Origin: a virus
Taxonomy: Duplodnaviria; Caudoviricetes
Reading direction: 5' to 3' (one strand)
IMG/VR virus record: IMGVR_UViG_3300045929_000104
Location: 1-50,568 of that record
DNA length: 50,568 nucleotides
In this document: piece after piece, positions 1-9,601 of the stretch
How the letters are laid out: each line of letters begins with the position of its first letter
Position numbering within the stretch: position 1 is the stretch's first letter
Made by a program: the position numbers and the translations under genes
The notes under the pieces: generated by a model
Told to the model about the DNA's origin: nothing
The model's database searches: none
Seen by the model: the letters and a program-made list of their open reading frames with translations, nothing else

Positions 1-127
1 TAGCCCACTCAAAACCCGACGCCTATTCCAGCCTTTTCGCATATGGGATGTGATGATGCTGCATATGCGTGTTGTGGTATGGCGCATATGTGTTATGTGC
101 GCTGCAACGCAGCGTGCCATGCTGTGT
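1..127. repeat. 127-bp terminal direct repeat, copy 1 (identical to 50442..50568); indicates a circular or complete contig
   Basis: tagcccactcaaaacccgac...gccatgctgtgt occurs at both ends; 127 matches a common assembler k-mer length. Confidence 0.95.
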
Positions 128-185
128 GCGGTGCGGCAGCTGAGGCGAAAGCGCGCGATTACCGCGGTCGATTGGGGGCGAAAGT

Positions 186-215
186 AGCATAACGGGGGTG
201 AGCGCGCCACGTCAA
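186..215 (-). promoter_or_regulatory. Putative sigma70-type leftward promoter reading across the circular junction into the early genes
   Basis: Minus strand TTGACG-N18-TATGCT. Confidence 0.45.
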
Positions 216-945
216 GCTAATCACGCTCATCGAGTTGACATACTAGATGTTATCGGACCTTGCTTTCGCTGCCGTGTGTGCGGGGCGGTGGGGGGAGCAC
301 GCATGATGTAGGTAATGTAACCTATCGCGTTGGTTGGTAGCTCGTCCCACCATCACACCCCTAGACTACACAACTGCAACGCCCCAGGATGCCCCAGGAT
401 CGACGATCGGGGGCGCGTCCATACCTAGACACCCCTGGATTCGATGCGTGCCTGTATCCCCTGCGCTCCCACGCATACCACCATCCCACCCCTCAGCTCG
501 CCACCCACCCCGTCACAACCCGCGCGCACACAAGAGGGGGTGGGGACCCCCTTACCGCACGCGCCTACCCCCCGGGTAACACCCCTACCAACCGCCATAT
601 GTTCAGGACTTTCGGGTTGGTATGGGTGCGTGTGGTGATCGGCGCGCAGGGCAACCCCACGTGGCGGGGGTCGCACGTTGGCGGGCTGGCGTGTGTCTAT
701 AGGGAAAGGTGCGGCAGGTGTGCGCTGGTGGGAATGTAGACCCCCACCGCCCCGATAGTCAAGTGGTTCGTGACGGCCACCAGCACAATCTGGCAATATC
801 ACCAGGGGTTGTTGGCGATAGGGGCGCCGATATCCCATCCACCCACTATGCCTCCGAAAACGCCGCGCAGGGGCGTTCTTCGCCCCGAGCACATACGGCG
901 CACCTCCTACCAGCACATCCCCCACACACAGAACTGGCACGCTCC

Positions 946-974
946 TTGCAATCTGTAACTGTTTGTGTTACTGT
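946..974 (+). promoter_or_regulatory. Putative sigma70-type promoter for the packaging/virion operon
   Basis: TTGCAA-N17-TACTGT with extended -10 TG; GTAAC/GTTAC inverted repeat spans the spacer and -10. Confidence 0.55.
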
Positions 975-983
975 TTGGGTATC

Positions 984-1775
984 GTGGCTGATACCCCCGT
1001 CCCCCCGCCGAAGCCGGTCCGTCTCAAGAAGGACGGCACTCCCTACGCGAAACTAGGACGCAAACCCAACCCGCCCGTACTCGCCAAGGATCTCGAAGCG
1101 CTCAACGCCGCCATGGTCCCCAAGTACGGGGACGTGATCGACCGCACCAACCGCGATGCCGTCCTCAAGAAGACACCCTCGATCAAGCAATTGCAGACGG
1201 ACGCCGAATTCACGGACATCGCACTACGAGTGCTAGCAGGCCAAACCCCCCTTGAGATCGCCACTATCCGCGGGGTGAAGGTCCAGTACATACGCACCCG
1301 GTTGCGTGATCCCCGCCTACAAGCTGTCTACCTGCGTGAACGTGATAAGCACGCGGCCGATGTGTCTGGTGCGCTGCGGGATGAGAAGCTCCCCACCGTC
1401 ATCCGCAAGCGTGCGCTCGTAACCCGCGGCCAGACCGTCATCGGCGAGGTGCTCGATCAGGTTCGCACCCACATCGCCGAGCATAGCGGCAACGTCAAGG
1501 CGGCGATATTGAAAGCTGGCATCGAAGCTGCCAACGTTGCCTTCAACCACGAGGGGATGGAACGCAACGCCGGTGGCTCCTCCCCCGACGCCAACTTCAA
1601 GATCCAAGCCGACAAGGCCATCGTCATCAACCAGATGGTTGCCGAAGCGGACATCGACATCAGCGATTTGTTCACGCCGCCCGATACCGATGACCCTCTT
1701 GGCGACGGCGACACCTCCCCCGCAGTCATCGACGTTACCCCCGAACCTGCGAACGACAACGATGCCCCGTCCTAA
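984..1775 (+). CDS. Putative terminase small subunit / HTH DNA-binding protein
   Basis: GTG start inside ORF 963..1775; HTH-like segment (LAGQTPLEIATIRGVKVQYIRTRL); acidic tail with IDVTP; lies upstream of TerL. Confidence 0.55.
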   Translation: MADTPVPPPKPVRLKKDGTPYAKLGRKPNPPVLAKDLEALNAAMVPKYGDVIDRTNRDAVLKKTPSIKQLQTDAEFTDIALRVLAGQTPLEIATIRGVKVQYIRTRLRDPRLQAVYLRERDKHAADVSGALRDEKLPTVIRKRALVTRGQTVIGEVLDQVRTHIAEHSGNVKAAILKAGIEAANVAFNHEGMERNAGGSSPDANFKIQADKAIVINQMVAEADIDISDLFTPPDTDDPLGDGDTSPAVIDVTPEPANDNDAPS

Positions 1776-2115
1776 GCGCATCCCCAACAAGGGCACCGTC
1801 CGCACGTGGGCGGAGATCGCCGACACGCTCAACGAGGATAACTACATCCTCGCCGAGTACCTCGGCATCCCCGACAACGAGGTAGTGGAGTACGAGGCGC
1901 GGACTGTACAGACCATCGGACGGCGCGCACTTGCCAAGTTACGCACCGAACTCGCCAAGCACGGCATCGACGAGCACACCGTCGCACAGATCCTCCACGA
2001 TCGTGACGCACACTCCCCCCTCGCCCCGCCCGCCAGCGATGCCATCACCGACGTAGTCGCCAACCCCGAAGACGACGATCTCGGCAAGATCAGCCTTAAG
2101 AAAGTCCGCCGCTAG
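1762..2115 (+). CDS. Hypothetical protein, possibly HTH DNA-binding
   Basis: ATG 1762 in the frame of ORF 1537..2115; phage-like codon usage; RTWAEIADTL...RTVQTIGRRALAKLR resembles sigma region 4/HTH. Confidence 0.6.
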   Translation: MPRPKRIPNKGTVRTWAEIADTLNEDNYILAEYLGIPDNEVVEYEARTVQTIGRRALAKLRTELAKHGIDEHTVAQILHDRDAHSPLAPPASDAITDVVANPEDDDLGKISLKKVRR

Positions 2116-2121
2116 CACGCC

Positions 2122-4713
2122 ATGAAGGATCTCAACAAAGCCGATATCGAAGCCATCATTCTCAGCGAGAGTTGGGAAGTGCGGGCCACCTTGCGCGCCA
2201 TGGTCCGCCGCTCCCTCTACCTCACCGCCAAGATGCTCGTCAGCTACAACGAGCCCCGCAACACGATGACCGCGGAGGTATTCAAAGAGCGGCAGGACTG
2301 GCTGCAATGGATCGTATGTGAGAAGAAGCGCGGGCTGCTAGAGGATCCCCGCAGCTACGTGAAAACGACCGGCAGCACCCGCACCATCCCCGTGTGGTGC
2401 AGCATCCAACGTGGCGACGACCGCTATGACCACCCCAACGAACTCGCCCGCATCGATGCATTCCTCATGCAGCACCCGCACCTCAAGGGCACGGATATGC
2501 GGCTTGCGATCGCGGGCGACACGAAGAAAGCCGCTACTCGTTTCACCGGTGCAGTACGCCGCTTCTACCTCACCAACCCCTTCTTCCGCTTCCTCTTCCC
2601 CGAGTTGAATTGGGAGAATCCACTTCGCACCGACTACGGCTCCTTCAACGACGAGGAGATGTATCTACCAGGGCGGTTGCAGCCGGAGTTACCTGGCGCC
2701 TTCCTCACCGCATTCGGCACCGAGACCGCCATCGTCGGCGGCCGCCTCGACGGGCTCATCGTCAGCGATCTTGTCGGCGATCACAACTGGCGTAGCAGTG
2801 GCGAAATGAACCGGCTCCGCGACTGGTTGAAGACCGCACCGGCGCTCTTGTCGCACAGAGACCCCCGACAGCCCTACGGCGGCTTCGTACTCGTCGAGGA
2901 AAACCGATGGACGCTCGATGATGTCAATTCTCTTATCCACAACGAGTACACCGAATGGGACATCTGGCGCCGTGGTGTTTTTCGTTGCTACGTGCATGGC
3001 GTTGGCAATTGTGGTCGCTGGGGTTCTGACGAGACTAAGGATTGTGCGCCGACGGAACAGTCGCTATGGCCGGAAGGTCCGTACCGCGACGCCGAAGCAC
3101 TCGCTCGCCTACGACAAGAAGAAGGCGAAGCGATCTTCTGTAACCCCGGTGAAGCGCCAATCCTGATGTCTGATTGGACACAGCGGCGTTTAGATGAAGT
3201 CAAAGTCGGTGATGAGGTGGTGGGGTTTGAGCCTGTCGCCACAGGAAAGCGGGCGAAGCTTGTCAAGGCTACCGTGTTGGCTGTCGGATCGCGCGTCGCA
3301 CCGGTCGTTAAAGTCACCTTCAGTGACGGCTCCGTAATCCGCTGCACTCCCGAACACAAGTTCTACACCGGACGCTTACCAGATAAGGGTAGTAGCCAGA
3401 CCGCACGCAAGCTGTATGACGTACCGCGTGCCGGTCGTCGTTTCGTTCGCGTTGTCAACGACTGGCTAAATGAGACCGACAACTCCGAGTGGCATTACCT
3501 AGCGGGCATTCTTGATGGCGAAGGTTCCCTTAAGCACACCAACATCACCATCACACAGGTTGAGGAAGTCAACGGCTGCGTGGTCGAGCGAATTGATCGG
3601 TGCTTGTCTGCACTTAAGATTCCGCATCTCCGTAAGAAGTATAAACGGACTGATGACAAGACATGGCGTAACGGTCAAAACGTACCGCTAACTTGGGTGC
3701 TTAACTCAGACCGTGACTTCATGTCACGCCTACTCACACGCACGGCCATCGGTAAGAAACAGCAAATTGTTGATCGGATGTGGAAGCATCCCGGACGACT
3801 TGGTTTGCGTAAAGAGGGCCAACAAAATGGCCGAATCAAGGTCACGAGCATCGAGCCCGCGGGTGTGGAGCGTGTCTATGCGCTTTGCACGACTTCAGGT
3901 AACTATGTCGTTTGGGGTATCGCTTCATCCAACTCGGCTCAACGTCTCAACGACCCCACCCAAGCCAGCGAACTCAAAGTCGATAAGATCCGCGACTTCA
4001 AACTCGACATCTGCCCAGTTACGACAAATGGTCGCACAAATCGAGAGTGGTGTGTCCTCCTTAATGGGGAAGGAGGAGAAGAGGTTCTCCCACTTTCACA
4101 ACTTGAACCCCACATCATCTCCATCGACCCCGCCACTTCACAAGAAGCAACCTCGGCCCGCACGTCGATCAGCTGGTTCGCCTACGACCGGCCGACGCGG
4201 CGCCGGTTCACGATCTCGGTAAGGGCGGACCGTTTTGGCCCCGATGAATCCGTCTGGCAAGTCATGGACATGCTAGACGAGATGGACGAGAAGATCCCCG
4301 GCAAGGTGCGCAAGATGGTGATTGAGAAGGTTGCGGCGCAGAGTTACATGGCGGTCGCGATCAAGCATGCCGCCGGTATGACACGTGATGGCGTCCGTAA
4401 GAAACGCCGCACCCTGCCCCCCATCGAAATGATCCCCCCTGCGAAGGGCACATCCAAGCTGGATCGTATCAAACGTCGTGTGGGGAATGTGATTGGACAG
4501 GGGTTGTTGTATGTACGTGCCGGACTTCAACTCCCGCTGCATGAAGTGCGACATTTTCCAAGTGGCACCCTCGACTGGCTCGACACGCTCGCACAAGCCG
4601 AGGAAGTCTTCCTGAACCAATCCGACGGCGGCATCGATGCACAGACCGCCGCCCGCCGCGCACATCGCGCCCTACGCCTCGCCACCTCCGGCGTAACTGG
4701 CACCGGCATCTAG
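2122..4713 (+). CDS. terL: Terminase large subunit containing an intein
   Basis: Walker A-like PRSYVKTT, GGRLDGLIVSDL Walker B region, F|SAQRLNDP linker after intein removal, nuclease motif ISIDPA, VIEKVAAQ and DWLDTLA. Confidence 0.92.
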   Translation: MKDLNKADIEAIILSESWEVRATLRAMVRRSLYLTAKMLVSYNEPRNTMTAEVFKERQDWLQWIVCEKKRGLLEDPRSYVKTTGSTRTIPVWCSIQRGDDRYDHPNELARIDAFLMQHPHLKGTDMRLAIAGDTKKAATRFTGAVRRFYLTNPFFRFLFPELNWENPLRTDYGSFNDEEMYLPGRLQPELPGAFLTAFGTETAIVGGRLDGLIVSDLVGDHNWRSSGEMNRLRDWLKTAPALLSHRDPRQPYGGFVLVEENRWTLDDVNSLIHNEYTEWDIWRRGVFRCYVHGVGNCGRWGSDETKDCAPTEQSLWPEGPYRDAEALARLRQEEGEAIFCNPGEAPILMSDWTQRRLDEVKVGDEVVGFEPVATGKRAKLVKATVLAVGSRVAPVVKVTFSDGSVIRCTPEHKFYTGRLPDKGSSQTARKLYDVPRAGRRFVRVVNDWLNETDNSEWHYLAGILDGEGSLKHTNITITQVEEVNGCVVERIDRCLSALKIPHLRKKYKRTDDKTWRNGQNVPLTWVLNSDRDFMSRLLTRTAIGKKQQIVDRMWKHPGRLGLRKEGQQNGRIKVTSIEPAGVERVYALCTTSGNYVVWGIASSNSAQRLNDPTQASELKVDKIRDFKLDICPVTTNGRTNREWCVLLNGEGGEEVLPLSQLEPHIISIDPATSQEATSARTSISWFAYDRPTRRRFTISVRADRFGPDESVWQVMDMLDEMDEKIPGKVRKMVIEKVAAQSYMAVAIKHAAGMTRDGVRKKRRTLPPIEMIPPAKGTSKLDRIKRRVGNVIGQGLLYVRAGLQLPLHEVRHFPSGTLDWLDTLAQAEEVFLNQSDGGIDAQTAARRAHRALRLATSGVTGTGI
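3139..3933 (+). mobile_element. Intein (265 aa) with LAGLIDADG homing endonuclease domain, inside terL
   Basis: N-terminal CNPGEAPILMSD...VKVGDEV; block B CTPEHKF; YLAGILDGEGS; block F/G VYALCTTSGNYVVWGIASSN followed by Ser(+1). Confidence 0.93.
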
Positions 4714-4722
4714 GAGACGTGA

Positions 4723-6651
4723 ATGGCTGACGAGAAAGATCCGCTTGAAGAGATGCAGCATACGCCCCTCCTGGTGCTGCCGGATAAGGTTCACAAGCAA
4801 CTAACTGCGTGGTTACGTGCATACATCCCGACACTTCGTATGAATCGGGATAAAAACGACAATATCAAAGACCGCATTGCAACGTGGCATTCAACGTTAC
4901 GAGGCGTGCGGCGTGTACCGCCGTTTCGACGCGGTGTCAGTAATCTCAGCACGCCGCTTACACTGTGGGCATCGGCAGCGATTCGTGCGCGTATTCGACA
5001 GGCGGTGCTTGAGAGTAAGCCGGTCCTTGCCGCTCTCCCCCTCAAGTCGGCCAGTGACAGCGGGGTGGATCTCAACCGCCTCGCCACCGCCTACAGTCGC
5101 GTCTTTCAAGCTGAGTTCGACAGCCCCAACGGCCTCGACGGCGCCACCGCAGTCGAGAAAGCCATCAACGAGGTGGTCAATCTCGGCACCGCGGGCATCA
5201 AGGTCTATGAAGAGATCACCCCGCCGTGCTATGTGCTCGACGCGAACGGCGTCCCCACGCTGGTACCGTCGAAGAGCCGCGTCAAGTGGGACTTCATCGC
5301 CTTCCAAGATCTCATCTATGTCGATGGCTACGGCGACGACACGCAGGCGATGCCTCTATGCGGTCATGAATACGACATCACATGGGGCGAGATGGAGATT
5401 TGGCGAGCGGCGAAACAGTTCTACCCCAACGTACTCGACCGCGTGAAAGCCCACTACAACCCCGGGCACACGACGATGGCCTCCCTCCCCTACGACGACA
5501 TGCCCGCGAAGTTGAAGACGCACCGTGTCGCCGAGTTGCACCTGCGCTACTGCATTGACGACCCCGATGCGCGTGATTACACCGGTTACCCCACCGCGCT
5601 TGTACTTACGTGGCACGTAGAGGCTGGCGAACTGTTACGCTGCGTGCGTAGTCCCATCCCCGGCGGCATCAAGCCCATCTTCCTCGCACGTCTCGACGAT
5701 GAACCCGACCCGACGAAGGCGCGCGGACAGGGCGTCTGCGAGAAGCTAGAAGGCGCGCAGGAAGAGACCGACGTAATCCACAACCTCGGCATCGAGGCTG
5801 CGAAGCGTGCAACCGCCCACGCCGTCATGATTAAAGAGGGTTCCAACGCCGCCAAGGAATTCGGCGACGCTGGCATGTCGGTCAACCCTGGCGATGTCGC
5901 CGTCACCGAAGATCCCAAAGAGGATCTCGTGCTGAAACCCCTCGGCGATCCCCGCGGCAGCGAAGTCGCGCTCATGCAGGAGGGGAATACCAAACAGTAT
6001 GTCTTCCGCATCCTCGGGCTCGATGAGGGCTCCTTCGGACAGGTGGAGACCGGTAAGCGCGTACCTGCCTCCCTCGGCATCTCCATCCAGCGCGAAGGCC
6101 GCACCCTCGTCATCAACTCGATCAAGAGTTTCGCCAAGACACTCAAGCAAGGGGCGTATCTGACGGGTGATCTGTGGAAGCGCCGCCCACCAATCGAGTC
6201 GATTGCCGCGGTTCTCCCCCTCGATGAAGCCATGCTCATGGCCGATATGGTGTTCACCCCCAGTGAGACCACCACGCGGCAGCAGTTCGTGCTCACCATC
6301 AACGCGCAGGATGCGGCGAGCGCGATGGAATCCCGCAAGCAGGAATTGCTGATGATTAATCAGTTCTTGATGGGATACACGGACAAGCTTTTACAGTATG
6401 CGATGATGGCCCTTCAACTCCCGCCGCCGCTTCAGTCCGCACTCATGAGCGTGCTACAGAAAGTAGAGAACGGCGTCAAGGCGATGTTGAACACCATCGA
6501 CAGCATTGCCAACCCCGCGGATGTGCTGCCACAGGTTGCTGAGTTAGAGCGCGCCCTCGCCGAAGTCGCCCCCATGATGCAGCAGGCCCAACAGCAGCAG
6601 ATGATGATGCAGGCTATGGGCGGCGGGGGTGGGGAGCAGAACGCCGCATGA
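4723..6651 (+). CDS. Portal protein
   Basis: 642 aa directly after terL; GTAGIKV, GQGVCEKLEGAQEE and TGKRVPAS motifs; Q/M-rich C-terminal tail typical of P22-like portals. Confidence 0.85.
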   Translation: MADEKDPLEEMQHTPLLVLPDKVHKQLTAWLRAYIPTLRMNRDKNDNIKDRIATWHSTLRGVRRVPPFRRGVSNLSTPLTLWASAAIRARIRQAVLESKPVLAALPLKSASDSGVDLNRLATAYSRVFQAEFDSPNGLDGATAVEKAINEVVNLGTAGIKVYEEITPPCYVLDANGVPTLVPSKSRVKWDFIAFQDLIYVDGYGDDTQAMPLCGHEYDITWGEMEIWRAAKQFYPNVLDRVKAHYNPGHTTMASLPYDDMPAKLKTHRVAELHLRYCIDDPDARDYTGYPTALVLTWHVEAGELLRCVRSPIPGGIKPIFLARLDDEPDPTKARGQGVCEKLEGAQEETDVIHNLGIEAAKRATAHAVMIKEGSNAAKEFGDAGMSVNPGDVAVTEDPKEDLVLKPLGDPRGSEVALMQEGNTKQYVFRILGLDEGSFGQVETGKRVPASLGISIQREGRTLVINSIKSFAKTLKQGAYLTGDLWKRRPPIESIAAVLPLDEAMLMADMVFTPSETTTRQQFVLTINAQDAASAMESRKQELLMINQFLMGYTDKLLQYAMMALQLPPPLQSALMSVLQKVENGVKAMLNTIDSIANPADVLPQVAELERALAEVAPMMQQAQQQQMMMQAMGGGGGEQNAA

Positions 6652-6968
6652 GCATGTTGGATAGCTTCATCCCCCGCTCTGGCCGCATGCTGATCCATCG
6701 CCACCATCTCCCAACCGGCGAGCCGATCATGGTCAATGGCGTGTGGATTCCAGAGCGACGACGTGAAGCGTTCGCTGTCGCCGCGACGGTGCTACGTGTC
6801 GCACCTGATGTGGATGACATCCACCCCGGCGACGACGTATGGATCCCCGAATTCGCTGGCCTCCCCATCTATGACGGCGAAGTTGAAACTGCCTACTTCG
6901 TCATCGGCAGCGGGGATGTGCTGGCCGTATGTGAGACCGCAGATGTGGAAGCAGCTGACTCGCGCTGA
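6648..6968 (+). CDS. groES: GroES/Cpn10-like co-chaperonin
   Basis: FIPRSGRMLI...NGVWIP...ATVLRVAPDV..IHPGDDVWIPEFAG...YFVIGSGDVLAV follows the Cpn10 pattern. Confidence 0.8.
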   Translation: MSMLDSFIPRSGRMLIHRHHLPTGEPIMVNGVWIPERRREAFAVAATVLRVAPDVDDIHPGDDVWIPEFAGLPIYDGEVETAYFVIGSGDVLAVCETADVEAADSR

Positions 6969-7203
6969 ACTCTCCGACTGCCACAGTCAAGCCTACGACT
7001 TCCTCGATAGCCAACTGTGGCAGGAGATTCGGGGGGAGATCCAGTCGCGGGTAGGTGCCGCCGAACACACGTTGCGAAACAGCACCGACATCGCCGAGAT
7101 CCGCCATGCACAGGGCGTCATCGCAGGCGCCAACCTACTTGAGACGACACTGTACGCCTTCGCCCGTTACGCAAAGAAGCGTCTCGGCGATGCGGCCGAT
7201 TGA
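6943..7203 (+). CDS. Hypothetical protein (small helical protein between portal and scaffold)
   Basis: ATG 6943 in the frame of ORF 6736..7203; EIRHAQGVIAG motif resembles small post-portal phage proteins. Confidence 0.7.
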   Translation: MWKQLTRAELSDCHSQAYDFLDSQLWQEIRGEIQSRVGAAEHTLRNSTDIAEIRHAQGVIAGANLLETTLYAFARYAKKRLGDAAD

Positions 7204-7293
7204 TTGTCATGCACCACCGTGCCACCACAATGAATCACAAATCCACACCGAGTGCTAATCTTGACCCCGGCACTCCTTTGTGCTAGGAGCCAT

Positions 7294-8064
7294 ATGCCCG
7301 ACGAGACTAAGGAAACTCCCGCTCCCACCGTAGATGCGAACCTTGAGACCATCAAGGAGATCGCCGCCAACCAGAAGAAGGTCACCGAAGCGTTCATGCA
7401 GGAACTTGCGGCGCAGCGGTCGTCCAGCACACCTGTCGCCGTCGGTGACCCCGCCGCCGAGTTCGACAAGCTTAAGACGGAGTGCGACGCACTGATCGCC
7501 GACGGTCACGGTACGGAAGCGATGGCCAAGTTCGCCGCCCACTTCCAGAAGCAGCAGCCTTCGGTAGACCCGACCACCCTCCCCGCCTACAAGCACATGG
7601 TTGAGACGACTCGTCGGGATGTGCGCGCCGACAACAAGGCTGTGTTCGACCGCTGGGGCGCCGAGGTATCCGCCATCGTTGATAAGCTCCCCCCTGAGAA
7701 GCGGCTGTTGCATGACGAGTGGGAGGACGCCGTTCGGCGCGTCCGCGGCAATCACCTAGACGAGATCATCGCCGAGCAGGAGAAGGAAGCCCGCGCCCGC
7801 ATCGAGGAGGAGTACAAGAACCGGCTCGCCCCTCTCGCTGGCGGCTCCCGTGGCGGCAGCAACTACACTGGCGACAACGAGGACGCCGCTATCGCAGCCG
7901 TACTTGGTGTCTCCCCCGAACACTACACCGCCAGCAAGAAGGCCGTCGAGGACTACCACGGCAGCCCCGACTTTTTCGAAGGCAAGGGCTATCCCCTCTT
8001 CGATGAACGCCTCCCCCGCTCCACCAGCCCCGGCGCCCGCGTCATCAAGAAGGGGGCGTTCTGA
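7294..8064 (+). CDS. Capsid scaffolding protein
   Basis: AGGAG SD then ATG 7294; helical and charged; flexible C-terminus ending AIAAVLGVSPEHY; upstream of the capsid gene. Confidence 0.7.
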   Translation: MPDETKETPAPTVDANLETIKEIAANQKKVTEAFMQELAAQRSSSTPVAVGDPAAEFDKLKTECDALIADGHGTEAMAKFAAHFQKQQPSVDPTTLPAYKHMVETTRRDVRADNKAVFDRWGAEVSAIVDKLPPEKRLLHDEWEDAVRRVRGNHLDEIIAEQEKEARARIEEEYKNRLAPLAGGSRGGSNYTGDNEDAAIAAVLGVSPEHYTASKKAVEDYHGSPDFFEGKGYPLFDERLPRSTSPGARVIKKGAF

Positions 8065-8567
8065 TGAACGTCAGCGACAAGGACATCTTCTACATCCCCA
8101 ACGCGCCTGGCGGTATCTGGAAAGAGAAGGGCCTGTACCTCCGCTGGATCGGCATGTCCGCCCGCAACCTGCGTCTCAAGACGATGAATACCAGCGGCTA
8201 CCCCGGCTATCGCCTCTTCGGCGGCGAGGGGAAGGAAAAGACCATGGAGACCCTCCGCGAACTCGGTCTCCCCGATGCCTACTACAACAGCACCATGGAT
8301 CGCATCACCGCGGCCGATGGCCCCGACGGCCTCATCCTCGGCTACATCCCACTTCAAGAGCGCGCCGCCCGCGAAGAGGCCATTCGCAAGGCCGCTGCCG
8401 AGCGTCTCGAAGGCATCGACGACGCCTACATGGCGCGTATGGAAGGCATCCGCGGCGTCCGCGCCCGCAAGTGGGACATGGACGAGTACGAAGATCGCAA
8501 AGAGCACGCTAACCGCACTAACACCAGCACCAACCGCGTTGGCTACACAGGAGCCCGACGCACGTAA
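8064..8567 (+). CDS. Hypothetical head-associated protein
   Basis: TGATG-coupled to scaffold; YLRWI...GY...LILGYIP pattern typical of genes between scaffold and MCP. Confidence 0.7.
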   Translation: MNVSDKDIFYIPNAPGGIWKEKGLYLRWIGMSARNLRLKTMNTSGYPGYRLFGGEGKEKTMETLRELGLPDAYYNSTMDRITAADGPDGLILGYIPLQERAAREEAIRKAAAERLEGIDDAYMARMEGIRGVRARKWDMDEYEDRKEHANRTNTSTNRVGYTGARRT

Positions 8568-8589
8568 TTCGTAACAGGGAGGATGGGAG

Positions 8590-9561
8590 ATGCCGTCTAC
8601 CGTTCTGAGTGGCAGTTTCAGCAACCATCTCGCCCCCGGGCTCCGCTCCATCATCGGTGCGAAGCTTGGCGGGCGCGAGAGCTACTACAGCCGACTGTAC
8701 AACGTTGGCACCTCGATGAAGAAGTACGAGGATTACCTCGCTGCGGCGGGTCTCCCCATCGCCACCGAGAAGCCCGAGACGCAGGACATTCAGACCGTCT
8801 CGCCTCTTGAGGGGAACACCAAGCGGCTCACCCACAAGACCTATGCCATCGGCGCTGAGGTGTCGATGGAGGCGTGGGACGATGATCTGTACAAGGGCGG
8901 GCCGGGCAGCGTCGATTTCTTCGAGAGCGGCTCGTCTGCGATTCGTGAGGTTGGCGAAGGGATTGCCGATTCGTTGGCTGAGCGCACTGAGTTGCAGGCG
9001 CACGACCCGTTCATCAACGGATTCTCCACCGCCACCTACACCGTGCTCCCCGACAACAGCGCGCCGTTCGCCACGTCGCATGCTGTCGTGAGCGGCGGCG
9101 AGGGTGTGTCGCAGTCGAACCGTCCCTCCACCGATACCGATTTGAATCTCACCGCCTTCCGCGCGGGCTGCATCCAGATGCGGAAGTGGAAGAACGATCA
9201 GGGTCTCCGCATCCCCGGCTACTCGAAGCCTTCCGTCCTGCTCGTCACGTCGGATTTCGAGTACGACGCCATGGAGATCATGCGGTCGTCCACCCGCCCC
9301 GACCAGCCCAACCCGAACGTCCCCAACGTCACGCAGAACAAGTGCGAGATCATCGCCGACCCCTATCTCACCGACGAGACCAACAGCGATGCGTGGTTCA
9401 TCCTCGGCGAGAAGAACCACTGGGAGTTCCTGTGGAGGCGGCGTCCGTCCTTCGACAACTTCGATGAGCGGCGTGCGCGGGTTGGCGTGTTCGTCGGCTT
9501 CATGCGGTTCGTTGCCGCCCCGACCCACTGGCTTGGCTCCTACGGCAGCACCGGCGCCTAA
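8590..9561 (+). CDS. Major capsid protein
   Basis: 323 aa, strong SD, highly biased codons; HKTYAIGAEVSMEAWDDD, PSVLLVTSDFE and DAWFIL motifs of HK97-fold MCPs. Confidence 0.88.
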   Translation: MPSTVLSGSFSNHLAPGLRSIIGAKLGGRESYYSRLYNVGTSMKKYEDYLAAAGLPIATEKPETQDIQTVSPLEGNTKRLTHKTYAIGAEVSMEAWDDDLYKGGPGSVDFFESGSSAIREVGEGIADSLAERTELQAHDPFINGFSTATYTVLPDNSAPFATSHAVVSGGEGVSQSNRPSTDTDLNLTAFRAGCIQMRKWKNDQGLRIPGYSKPSVLLVTSDFEYDAMEIMRSSTRPDQPNPNVPNVTQNKCEIIADPYLTDETNSDAWFILGEKNHWEFLWRRRPSFDNFDERRARVGVFVGFMRFVAAPTHWLGSYGSTGA

Positions 9562-9601
9562 GTAACTGAACGCACTTACATACCACTTAGGAGAGATGTA
9601 A

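Noticed and set aside
235-265. Perfect TTGACA at 235-240 as a rightward promoter
   Set aside because: No acceptable -10 at 16-18 nt spacing.
334-1056. ORFs called in the left non-coding region
   Set aside because: Pro/His/Arg-rich low-complexity translations without SD or phage codon bias.
6580-6645. CAG/ATG triplet runs at the portal 3' end
   Set aside because: Ordinary Q/M/G-rich portal tail.
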